DNA from: Octopus vulgaris
Lineage: Eukaryota
Reading direction: 5' to 3'
DNA: 64,000 bases
NCBI GenBank assembly: GCA_951406725.2
Contig: OX597817.1
Coordinates: 174,964,001 to 175,028,000 of the forward strand
The notes under the pieces are model-generated. The model ran no database searches. It saw nothing but the letters and a program-made list of their open reading frames with translations, and was not told the origin of the DNA. Of the stretch, positions 52,995 to 64,000 are shown piece after piece; position 1 is the stretch's first letter; each line of letters begins with the position of its first letter. Made by a program: the position numbers and the translations under genes.

Positions 52995-54590
52995 TATAAT
53001 CATCATTTTTACGCCTGTTTTTTCATGCTTGCATGGATTAGAGGGGTTCTTTGCAGCACAGCATCCTACCACTTGTTGAGTTCTTTTGTCTTCTCTTATT
53101 GAGGTTCAGCTTCCTGAGATTAGCTTTCACCATTTCTACCTGTATTTTCCTTGGTTTCCTCTGCTGTTTCCATCCATATGAATCTCTTGGCTCTTTTTCT
53201 CCCACCTGTCATCATCCGTATGCATTACATGTCCATTTCTATCTTCCACTCTACAATTCATTCTCTCACAGCTCATTTGTGTCTTGTCAATCATGCACAC
53301 TAATGGACTAAGCTTACTTCATTTCTTTCAAACCTTTGTACATCCTCTGCATTCAATGCTTAAGTCTCACTGTGATGCAGTATTGTAGTTTGTTCACAAG
53401 CAATCTACACTTTGCTCCTTTGTCAGCAGAGATAATAGCTTCGTGCACATTTTCCATTCTATTCTAATTTTGGATACTTTACTTTCAGGATGCCCTCATT
53501 CACTGCTTATTAAGTTGCCTAGTCACCAAAAGCTATCATCTATTCTATAAAGCCTTCTGAGGATTGTAAGGAATTTATCTTGATGCTACTCTGAGCATTC
53601 ACTACTCCTGTTCATTTGCCAAAGGCAAGTTGACAGCAAAGTCTTTATTTGCTGTCAGCTTGCCTTTCATTCAACTTTGATTCTGTAGTATTCCACCACT
53701 ATGTTACTTTTTGTCTAGCTGATGCCTTGCTCCAACTATAGATCTACCTTAGCTTTCAACAAGTTATGGAAGCTGCCAAATTATCCTCTAAGTTATAGAC
53801 CTGTATATCTTCTTTTTTATTATACACCTCATCTTGTATCACTCTGAATCTAAATTTTGCAATAGAGTATTTTAGTTTCCACACCTTTTCTTTTTCTTGA
53901 CTGTCTTTTACCTCTCAGTCTATTTGACTCTTATTCTGAAATCAGTAAGCAACAGTCTATATTGGGTGAGATATTCTTCAACAGGAAAAGACATAGCATT
54001 TATAACTATTTGTCTATCCTATTTCCTGGTGAAAACAAAATCTACCTGACTTGCAAGTTGATCTGACTGGAAGATGATCAAGTGGCTGCTTGGTTGCCTG
54101 AATTCACTTGAATCACAGAACTTTAAAAGCCCCAATTTCTTTAGAACCATATCCATAATTCTAGAGAACACCATGTACTCCAGAATAGCTATCATCATAC
54201 TACCTAACTTGTCCAACAAAGTCACAGCTATTTATTATTGAGGTGATTTGCAAGTGAGCTTGTTAAAGCTGCTCTTTTGCTTATAAATTAGTTCTGATTG
54301 CGGGGTGTAGGCAGAGTTAACAGTTGCTGTTGCTTTGTCTGTAAATAGCCTGAGCTTAATTATCCTGTCTCATGCCATTTTACCACAATTACATTATCTG
54401 TACAACTTTTAACCACTAAAATACTTACACCACCTAATCCAGCCTTGTTACCTACTCAGAAGAATTTGTATCAGTGTTCATTGCCTGTAAAGAGTCTAGC
54501 TGAGACTCCACAACATCTTACCTCTTGCACACAGCATACATCTTGCCTCTACTCTGGCAGCTCTGTAATCTCATGAGATCTTTTATTTTA
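52995..54590 (-). mobile_element. Decayed, internally deleted RTE LINE (AP-endonuclease domain + 3' end)
   Basis: DVCCVQEVR...YKFF*VGNKAGLGGVSILV...DRIIKLRL...VNSAYTPQ...LLKFCD...FRQPSSHLIIFQS...SQVDFVFTRK; 3' tail AATCCATGCAAGCATG...AAATGATGAT. Confidence 0.85.
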
Positions 54591-55871
54591 CACTAACAAA
54601 GAAGATGATCTCCTACTGTCGGATGCTTGATGTTTCCTTCCTACACCTGAAAGAGAATATGCCATCACATGATGATGGCTGAAGAGTTTTTGCACATGGC
54701 CAAATGTTTCCACTAATCCACCTTGCTACTATGCACAGTACAACATGATGAGTGTTAGTCTTGTGTTTGCAATAAGAGCTTTTCACTGTGATAGACCTTT
54801 GATTAGCTTTAGTATTGTTTTACAGACTGGACTACTCATTTTGTTACCAATCACATTACAGCAGGGTCTAGGAGCATTTCTTCATTACAACAGCACTAAA
54901 GTGTCTTCTCCATATTTCCAGTTTTTATTCAGAATGCACCTCTCCTGGATACTAGGTAGGTTGCCTTCACTAAGGTTTATGGAGTCCACATCTTGTATGT
55001 GCAGGCAATTTAATGAAGTTACCTCTCTTCTAGACAGTTTGCCTTCATTTGGGCTTATAACATCCATCTTTCCCCATGTAAGTAAGTTCAAAGCTTACAC
55101 CTCCTCATAGACAGGTTGTTGGGGTGTAAAAGAAGGATGAGAAGGGGAAAGAGAAAAGTGAGAGGGATATAAGGGAGGAGGCTGATTGATGGAGGATGTA
55201 TCAGAAAGACATGTAGGTATGAGGTAACGGACAGGTCCTATGATTGAGAGGAGAGGGACAAGAAAGAGAGATATGAAAGGAGCAGAAAAAGATGGTGTAT
55301 GAGAGGGGGTGGTATTAGATAGATCATATGGCAGAGAGGAGAAGGGAGAGAAAGATGTGTGGAACAAAGAAAAGTGAGTATGTGAAAATGGAGTCCACAT
55401 CGACTGGAACTGATATTGAAAGCATAGAAATCCAAAGAAATTTTTAAAGAAAAACATTAAAAAATACAGTGGAGTTGGGATTATGTTTTGAAACTCTGCC
55501 AAAATGTTTGCCAAATCTTGAATGTCTGATGTTTCAAAACATCATAGATTATAATAAAAATGTTAGAAGTGTTTTGAAAACCTATACTGAAATGAATAAG
55601 TACGTAAGTGATTTTTAACAAGACAGCATTTAAACGCAGCAATGATGTAAAGCAATGACACTGAGTACATTTTAGCAAATTGATAATTTTCATTTTGAGC
55701 TACATTTTCCATTTACCAAATTCACTTATAAATTGAACATTTACTTATTTCTGTGTACTTGCAATTTATGTTTCAAATATTGGTGACTCACCATTAAAGT
55801 AACTTGCTTTGCAGCTGTCCATGTCCAAAGTTAGATACCATGACATAGTCATCTATATTGTTAGTGCAGTG

Positions 55872-56178
55872 AGTGACGGCACATGGCTTCATGGTTAGGA
55901 TATTTGGCCCATGATTGTAAGGTCGTGAGGTCAATGCCTGGCAGCATGTTGTGTCCTTGAACAAGACACTTCATCTCATGTTGCTCCAGTCCACTCAGCG
56001 GGCAAAAACAAAGTTTACTAGTACTTTGTTTCAGGGTACCAGCCTTGTCACATTCTGTGAGAAATATGTTAAGTGTCTGTGTGTCTGTGGAGTACTCGGC
56101 CACATGCATGTTAATTTCACTAGCAAGCAGTTCCATAGATCGGATCAACTGGAACCATCATTGTTGTAACCAACAGAA
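55872..56178 (+). mobile_element. Older SINE family C copy
   Basis: A-box-like TGGCTTCATGG; 3' half homologous to 8430-8600. Confidence 0.75.
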
Positions 56179-56199
56179 TCCTAGTTACTGCAGTTGATC

Positions 56200-57030
56200 T
56201 CTTCGTTATCTTCTATGCCACCGTCAAATGAACCAGCTTCATCTTATTCTCCCAAAAAGGATATCGTCTTCATTGGCATCCACTGTATTTGTAATGCACC
56301 ATTATGGTTTCAGAGGAGCTCTGTTACTCTCCCAGTATCTGTGTTCACACCAGGGAAAGATCTGGACACTGAATGTGGCCTGCCAAAGCAATGAACTTGC
56401 ACTTTTCTGTTAGCCTGTGGTTTCACTTGACACAAACATACAACTTTGAATGACTCGTTAATGCTGACATTTAGTGGTCTTAATAATTGGTCAACTCACC
56501 AAGAATGATGACAGGATTGGTTTTCATGTATTTCAGTTGCCATTTCACTTCAAGCTGTCAATGGCTTTTAAATGTGCTAAGCACTAGTAAGAGTGATACT
56601 TTCAGCATGCAACCTAGGTGTTTCCTCAACACTGTTTTGATCCAGTCATTATCTTCTCATGGACGTGAAACTCCATTCCTTTTGGATCCATTTCTCGAGA
56701 AGGAAACGTGTCAGATTTTTTTCCTCCTCACCAGTCATAGTCAACATTATTGTAAAATGGCTCTGGAAATCAGCTATTAAGATGCAGGAGTCAAAAGTCA
56801 GCTCTGTGTCTGATCTACACTTCCAATCACTGACAGGTACTCCTTGTCCTTGAAATCAACTTTTTATATGTACGAGGATGTCAAATGTTAGCTGGGTGTC
56901 TGATCTGCATTTTCAATCTATGACAAGTCATTTTGCCATCTGATAATAGAGTACTGATAGCCTTGTACTTAGTCCTTGAAATTTGCAGATATTGTGCTCC
57001 GAGAGTCTGACAAGAAATTGACAATTTATG
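56200..57030 (-). pseudogene. Decayed pogo-family DDE transposase
   Basis: DWIKTVLRKHLGCMLKVSLLLVLSTFKSH*QLEVKWQLKYMKTNPVIILG...LRPLNVSINESFK...CITNTVDANEDDILF matches pogo motifs LLVLDxFxxH, IPGGxTxxLQPLDVSxNKPFK and CGISNxxDGxEDD. Confidence 0.8.
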
Positions 57031-57107
57031 TTTCTCCGCAAAGCACTGAATCCCTTTCAACACTGGCCTTGGAATCTGTGATTTTCAACACCTTGAGATA
57101 CTTGTGC

Positions 57108-57148
<41 letters not shown>

Positions 57149-57412
57149 ACATGTAGTAAATATGTGTATGTGTGTGTATATTCATAAATATTGACAATTT
57201 ACAGCTTTGCTTGTCACTTCTGAGTAACAAGCTCATTTTCTTTGCTAGCATTACTAATGGTTGTTTTCTGCTTCTAAAGCCCAGTTGAATAAAAAAAAAA
57301 TTGCTTACTAAAATAACATTTATGGGTTTATGTCAAGAAATATTCCTCAAAACGAGTCCCAGTCCAACCTATGGTAACTTGGAAAAAGCCAGGCTTAAAT
57401 GAACAAATGTGT

Positions 57413-57445
<33 letters not shown>

Positions 57446-58760
57446 ATGATACTGCATTGGAATTTAGATGCTTAGATATTCATTTTTTTCCCCCCTTTGT
57501 GTTTGTATTTGGGTAGCATAACAATTTACAAGTTTGCATGACAGTTCTGACTACTGTAAATCCATTTTTAAGTACAAACAATATTTCATTCAGAAGCATA
57601 CCCCTAGATTAAGAAATTCCTTATTGCTTCAGCTGCAATCTTTATTTATTTTACTTGTGAGATTTAACTGATTTTTATTTCTCCCATTGGTTAAAATTGA
57701 TGAAAAGCGGCAAGCAAACAAGTAAAAATTCTAATTTATTCTTTGTTTGGTCTTTCAAGAATGGCTATCAGTTAATAAATTTTACCATCTCAATATTTAT
57801 GAATTTTTTCTTCTCTCTAATTTTCAAATCCTCTGGCAGTTTAAATGAGAAAAATTCTCATGCAAATGTTAAATAATTTTTTTTTTTTTTTACCTTTTGT
57901 TATCTTGCTGTATGAATTTGAATGTTATTTATATATCATTGGAATAATCCAGCATCGAGGAAAATAAATGAACTCTCGTTCTATCATATATTCATGATAA
58001 AAACAAACAGACAAACCCTCTAATAAATATTTCTGCAACAAGAACAGCTATCATCATCATCATCATCATCATCATCGTTAGTTGTATGTCTTCATTGTTC
58101 ATTTTTGTTTTTCTTTAGCTTTTAACCCTTATTATTTTCAAGTAATATGAATGATGAATATTAAAACAAAATATGAAAAAATATAAGTTGTTGGTCTCAT
58201 TTTCATTTAAAGACTGTAAATGTATTCTATATTGCATCTGAAGGCATTCAATTTCATGCTGCATCGAAAAGAAAAAAAAAAAAACGAAAAAAAATGTAAG
58301 AAATTAATGTGTACATATAGCTATGTTCTTATATTGCATTTCTAATATAATATCTAGAAACATTTAGATGTTGAGACAAAGAAAATTAAAAGCCAACATA
58401 TCTGTGGTTGTCTCGAGGCTAAAGAAACTTGTGATTATTATCTCGTCATCAATTGGTGAATTACTAACGAACTCAGTATATTTATGCATTGTAAATCTTC
58501 TGCAGATATCAAAATGGACATTTTTTTCATTTTCTGTATTGGGGTATTTATAAACATATTCTGATGACTGAGTATGCATGTTTTAACATAAGATGATGGG
58601 AATTATATGGTTTAATCCTTTTTAATACCAACTTGCTCAAGCCCACCCCTAGTTCTATTATGGTACAAGCTTTCTGCTTTCGATTAAAATTTTCCATCAA
58701 AATTTTAAATTTAAAGCCTTCCATCAAAATTTCATGTTAATTTCAGGTTCTGAACTGAAA

Positions 58761-58970
58761 CCCTTTAGTGTTTACACTATTTCTGTTCAGTGTAATGATT
58801 ATTTATTCACATGTTTTGAATTGATCAAGCATTATCTCAAAGTTTTGAGATTTTGATGAGGTAACTGTTAATTTTTAGAAGGATATTGTAGGGATGAGGT
58901 GAGGGGCCAGATCTGACCAGTTTGAATATAAAACAGGTAGATATGGCCTGTTTAAATACTAGAGGGTTAA
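58761..58970 (+). mobile_element. piggyBac-like MITE P1 nested in a P2 copy (about 58612-59590)
   Basis: CCCTTTAG...CTAGAGGG|TTAA termini; P2 sequence on both sides. Confidence 0.65.
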
Positions 58971-59468
58971 GGTGGTGAGCTAGCAGAAACGTTAGCATGC
59001 TAAGCGAAATGCTTAGTGGTATTTCGTCTGCCCGCTACGTTCTGAGTTGAAATTCCGCTGAGGTCGACTTTGCCTTTCATCCTTTCGGGGTCGACATAAT
59101 CAACTTAATCCGTTTGTCTGTCCTTGTTTGTCCTCTCTTGTGAGTAGTAAAGAAATAGGTATTTGTCTGCCGCTATGTTCTGAGTTGAAATTCTGCCGAG
59201 GTCAACTTTGCCTTTCATCCTTTCGGGGTTGACATAATCGACTTAATCCGTTTGTCTGTCCTTGTTTGTTCTCTCTGTGTTTAGCCCCTTGTGGGTAGTA
59301 AAGAAATAGGTATTTCATCTGCCGGTAAGTTCTGAGTTCAAATTCCACTGAGGTTGACTTTGCCTTTCATCTTTCGGGGTCAATTAAATAAGTACCAGTT
59401 ACACACTGGGGTTGATGTAATCGAATTACTTCCTCCCCTGAAATTGTTGACCTTGTACCAAAATTTTA
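58971..59468 (+). mobile_element. Head-to-tail trimer of SINE family B
   Basis: Three B-box/central-domain units joined at AAAGAAATAG|GTATTT. Confidence 0.87.
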
Positions 59469-60832
59469 AATCAGTTTATGAAGTAAACAGCAGCTTGGTA
59501 ATGACAGTTATTTTACTTTATTTTTCTTCAAAATATTAATTGAAATAAAGGCAGTGTATTTCAACAAAAGTATGGTTACAAAAATGATAAGTAAATAATG
59601 ATTGACCTGGATTCGTAGCCTTAGCTATATAACTTGCCATTGCTCTCGAGCTCCAAGTCCAACTATCATTTAACAGATTTATAATGAAAAATATTCCACA
59701 TATGAAAATCTTCTCTTTTTCAGGATATGTAGAACTCCAGTATCTAACATTTCCTTTCCTTATTGAAATTGGAAAGGTGTGATCTGAGGGTTGTTTGAAT
59801 GCTATTTTCAGTAGGTTGGGCTACCACTTAAAGGCTTTCCTTTGATGGTGTATATTTTTAATAGTTTTATTTATATATAAATTATGTTTGAAACTCAAAC
59901 ATATTTTTTGTAATGGAAATGAAAACAAGGATTATGAATCATTTATTAATTTCTAAAAAAAATTAATGGGAAATAATGAATGTTTCACCCTGACTTTAAT
60001 TATAAATAAATTGAGATGGAATTCAAGTAGTAAAACAAGTGGAGGCTGGATTTAGACATTATTGAGACTTCTAAACGAGAGGTACTTATGAATAGTTGCT
60101 GATTCAGCTCTTGAAGTCTTTTCGTGTTTTCTGTTTACTACAACTAATACTACTACAGCAACAACAACAACAATTCTTTAACAGTGTTACAAACATTCAA
60201 ACAATTTTTACTAGAAAGTACATATGTATGTGTGTGTGTGTACATATACATAAAGAAAGCTTTGATTGGCTTTGCTCTATAGTAGAAGACACTTGCCCAA
60301 AATTCTGTGCAGTGGACCCAGTTCAAATTCTGCCGAGGTCGACTTTGCCTTTCATCCTTTTGGGGTCAATAAATTAAGTACCAATTACGCACTGGGGTCG
60401 ATGTAATTGACTTAATCCCTTTGTCTGTCCTTGTTTGTCTCCTCTATGTTTAGCCCCTTGCTTTGGGTTCAGTCCCACTGTGCAGAACTTTGGGAAAAAG
60501 CTCCAGGCTGATCAAAGCCATACAAATAAACTTGGCGGATGGAAACTGAAAGAAGTTCACTGCACATATACGTATGTGTGCACATTTTTGAGATCACAAA
60601 CCACAAGCGTGCATAGCTGTGTGGTTAAGAGCAATGTTTTCAACAAAATTTTACTGTTATTATCTAATCTGTATATAGCTTCACTATCAAGCTTGTCTTC
60701 TGCCTAGCACTTTGATGGACTTATTAATTAAGCCACTCACTGGTGTAATAATCATGCTTCTCTCTGCTTTGTCTATGGCAAATTCATACTCATTGGTGCT
60801 AACTATATTAACTGTTTCAAAGATGTTTTTTT

Positions 60833-61123
60833 TTAACCTTTGTATTAAACTGGCCATATCTGACCCAAGTGTTCTACTTGCATTATATTGAAACTGACCG
60901 TATCAGACCCAAATATTCTACCTGTTTTATATTCAGACTGGCCAGTCTGGCCTGACTGGCCAGTCTGGCCTGTCACACCTATCCAACAATATCATTCCCA
61001 AAATAAGCAATCATGTCATTGTAATTTTGAAGCCATGAAATAATGCATGATTAATTCAGAACAAGACAAATAGATAAGCAATGCATTTGAGAGAGTAATC
61101 TGAATGTAATACTAAAGGGTTAA
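60833..61123 (-). mobile_element. piggyBac-like MITE family P1
   Basis: TTAA|CCTTTG...TAAAGGG|TTAA termini. Confidence 0.7.
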
Positions 61124-61145
61124 GTTAATAAAAAATAGACAGCAG

Positions 61146-61432
61146 TCATCATCATCATCATCATTTAGTGTCCATTTTCCATGCTGGCATGGGTTAGATG
61201 GTTTGACTGGAACTGGCAAGCCAGCGAGCTGCACCAGGTTCCAGTCTGATTTGACTTGGTTGCTATGGCTGGATGCCCTTCCTAATGACAACCACTCCAA
61301 GAGTGTAGTGGGTGCCATTTATGTGTCACTGGTATGGGTGCCTTTTACATGTCCTCAGCACCAGCCATGACTGCAATTTCACTTGGCTTGATGAGTCTTC
61401 TCAAGCACAGCGAATATCACCAAAGGTCTTGG
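61146..61432 (-). mobile_element. RTE LINE 3' end including the last codons (DLW...VLEKTHQAK*)
   Basis: ORF end contiguous with the GGCACC / AGGAAGGGCATCC / (GAT)n 3' UTR. Confidence 0.82.
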
Positions 61433-62272
61433 AGAAATCAGTAGATTACCTAAAATTCTTTCTATTAATATGACAAATGCCATGCTATGTAACTTTTGGT
61501 TCATTATATTCCAAGTTCAAATCACTCTGAGATCCATGTAAATATTTGAGTTTAATTTAACTGTAAACTTTTGATGTAAGTAAGAACATTCTGAAACGGG
61601 CAGTTTTTGCATCACAGAACCAATAAGTGGCTTCAGGTAGGCTAGTAGTGTACAAAGATTCTTAATTTATTTGCAAACAACAGGAATGTAGCAAGATTTA
61701 GATTTGAAAACATGGCTTAGAATCTATCATGAAATTAGCGCCTAATTAGTTAGTTGCCTGACAAAGAAAAAAAATAGTTAATTCTATTTTGGCTGTTAAA
61801 ATCTATGGTTATTTTCAGGTACAATATATTTAGTGATAAAGAAGACGCTAATTAGGTTTCAGCTCTACTATCTTTATTCAAAACTGTTATTGGTAGTAAT
61901 TTTGTGAAAATCATCGAATATTTATTACTTGCTTAACGATCTTATTAATTAGATATTATAAGCATCATTTTAAGATAGGAACGAATGGCAAGACTTGTGG
62001 CTGAACTTCCCCCATACGTACCTGTCCTTGTCAGGTGGCTTGTCACATTATCAATTACCCTTCAGGAATTATGCCATTCCATTTTCTCTAATTAGGTCCT
62101 ATAGGATGAACCATAAATAGCCTTACCATTAAGCATACAGATATATATATATATATATATAATTAAAAAAAAAAGCATGTAGTTAAGAAAATGAACATAT
62201 ACTCAATACACTGGCAAACAGAAAACACAGGTCACCAACTTCTCATCAGATATCAGCCAGAGGGTCAGATGC

Positions 62273-62325
62273 AATTTCGGCCATGTATAAATAAGGTACT
62301 TTTATTATCTTAATTGGGCTATTTT

Positions 62326-62365
<40 letters not shown>

Positions 62366-62550
62366 GCGTGCGCACACACACACACACCCATATATATAAG
62401 TGCGCGCACACACACATACACATATATATATACGCACACAGGCACACACACACATATACATACATGTGCATACACACACACACACACACACACACACATT
62501 TTTATACTTGAGCAGTTTTGGTGTGAAATACTTCTATTTATGCTAAAAAA
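62273..62550 (+). repeat. Left arm of a long inverted repeat (partner 63843-64000)
   Basis: AATTTCGGCCATGTATAAATAAGGTACTTT...TATACTTGAGCAGTTTTGGTGTGAAATACTTCTATTTATGCTAAAA. Confidence 0.9.
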
Positions 62551-63004
62551 AAATTAGAAATTCTTAGGAAGTTTATCTATCTGTAAAATCTTGGCTCCTG
62601 TTATATAATCTTCTGTATATGTTACCATAGCCCTCTTCACATCAGATATGAAAATGGGTGTACTTATCAACATGACTATCCTTTGCCATATTAACCATAT
62701 TCATATTCAACAGAACGATGATGCTGGTAACTAATATTAGTCATTAATTTCATTAATATTTTGACATCTGTTTTATTGTGTATATTTTGGTTTGGAATAA
62801 GCTTCTTAGTATTGCCCTGTTCCTTAATTGTTACCAGTATGACTATCTAGTTGTCTCTCCCAGATAAAACCTATCTTGTGTTAACATTTTCTGATGGACT
62901 CTCTTTATTCTGGCTGCTTTTCTTTTAGTAAAAGAAACCTCATACAGAAATAAAGTTGTAACAACAACAACAATAATAATGATAATAATAGTAATAAGAA
63001 GAAT

Positions 63005-63233
63005 GATTTCAAATTTTGGCACAAGGCCAGCAATTTCGGGTGTGTATGTGTGGTGGGGGGGCTAAGTCAATTACATCAACCCCAGTGCTCAGCTGGTACT
63101 TATTTTATCGACCCTTGAAAGGATGACAAGCAAAGTTACCTCAGCAGAATTTGAACTCAGAACATAAGGAGTCAGAAGAAATGCTGCCAAGCACTTTGTG
63201 TGATGTACCAAAAATTATGCTAGCTCACTGCCC
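63005..63233 (-). mobile_element. SINE family B
   Basis: Homology to other family B copies. Confidence 0.8.
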
Positions 63234-63842
63234 TGTATAATGATGGTGATGATGTTGATGATGATGATGATGAGGAGGAGGAGGATGATGAGAATGAGGA
63301 TGATGATGATCCTCAACCGTTTGTTGCGTGTCATTTAATGTATTTGCACTCTGCTGCAAAGTATAATTCTGTGTCTGCTGGGTTTGGTAGGTTTCAATGT
63401 TGAGATAGGAAGTGTGGAATATTTAGCTTGATGCCGAGTGCATAAGAACTAGGATGAGCTAGGGTGGGCCTACCAGATAAATAAACGGTTGTGTTGAAAT
63501 TTAGTATAGAGGAGTTTTAACAACTTATTTTCCTGTTCTTTTACCACGCCTGATTCCTTAGCAAATTAAGGGTTGTTAGACTAAGCTGCTTTATTTACAC
63601 CCAAGCAATGAAGTAGTCATCATTTGTTAGTAGTTTTCAAGGCTGAATTAATCCTTTTCTACTCTACCTGAAATGCAGTTGGTAGGAGTGATGGTGTTAT
63701 CACTGCTCTGGAATCTCATAGAGAAGAATATTAGATCTCCACTCTTACATATTGGTTTCAAATTTTGCACAAAGCCAGCACATTCGGGGGAGGGGGGGAA
63801 GTTGATTACATCGACTCCAGTTCTCAATTGACACTTTTTTTC

Positions 63843-64000
63843 TTTTTTAGCATAAATAGAAGTATTTCACACCAAAACTGTTCAAGTATAAAATGCGTGT
63901 GTGTATGCACATATATATATATATATGGACGTGTGTGTGTGTGTGTGTAAATTGCCCAATTAAGATAATTAAAGTACCTTATTTATACATGGCCGAAATT
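63843..64000 (-). repeat. Right arm of the long inverted repeat; reaches the window end
   Basis: Reverse complement of 62273-62550 with a shorter internal microsatellite. Confidence 0.9.

Noticed and set aside
54745-55110. 121-aa plus-strand ORF
   Set aside because: No recognisable domain; the opposite strand weakly resembles a decayed LINE endonuclease, too weak to call

Overview
This is AT-rich eukaryotic genomic DNA, most likely from an octopus or another coleoid cephalopod. That assignment is inferred from the SINE/RTE repertoire and the very high microsatellite density, not from a search. No intact protein-coding gene is visible; nearly all long ORFs in the track are translations of microsatellites or repeats. 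The window is a mosaic of several tRNA-derived SINE families, many 5'-truncated RTE LINE 3' ends with (GAT)n tails, two R4/Dong-clade LINE fragments inside (TAA)n tracts, decayed mariner, pogo and Ty3/Gypsy coding remnants, several MITE families and a non-autonomous Helitron. A CpG-retaining, promoter-like domain (about 32.3-38.9 kb, core about 33.2-33.9 kb) lies between two CpG-depleted flanks, and a few candidate exons can be seen. The most notable structure is two ~210-bp Penelope-like elements inside (TA)n tracts (13448-13665 and 19367-19575). Each is a long, near-perfect palindrome carrying a type I hammerhead ribozyme fold, and both share a downstream AATAAA...TTACTCT...GTATT(T)GAGTAC motif although their ribozyme stems are unrelated. 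Coordinates were read by eye, and repeat boundaries are approximate.
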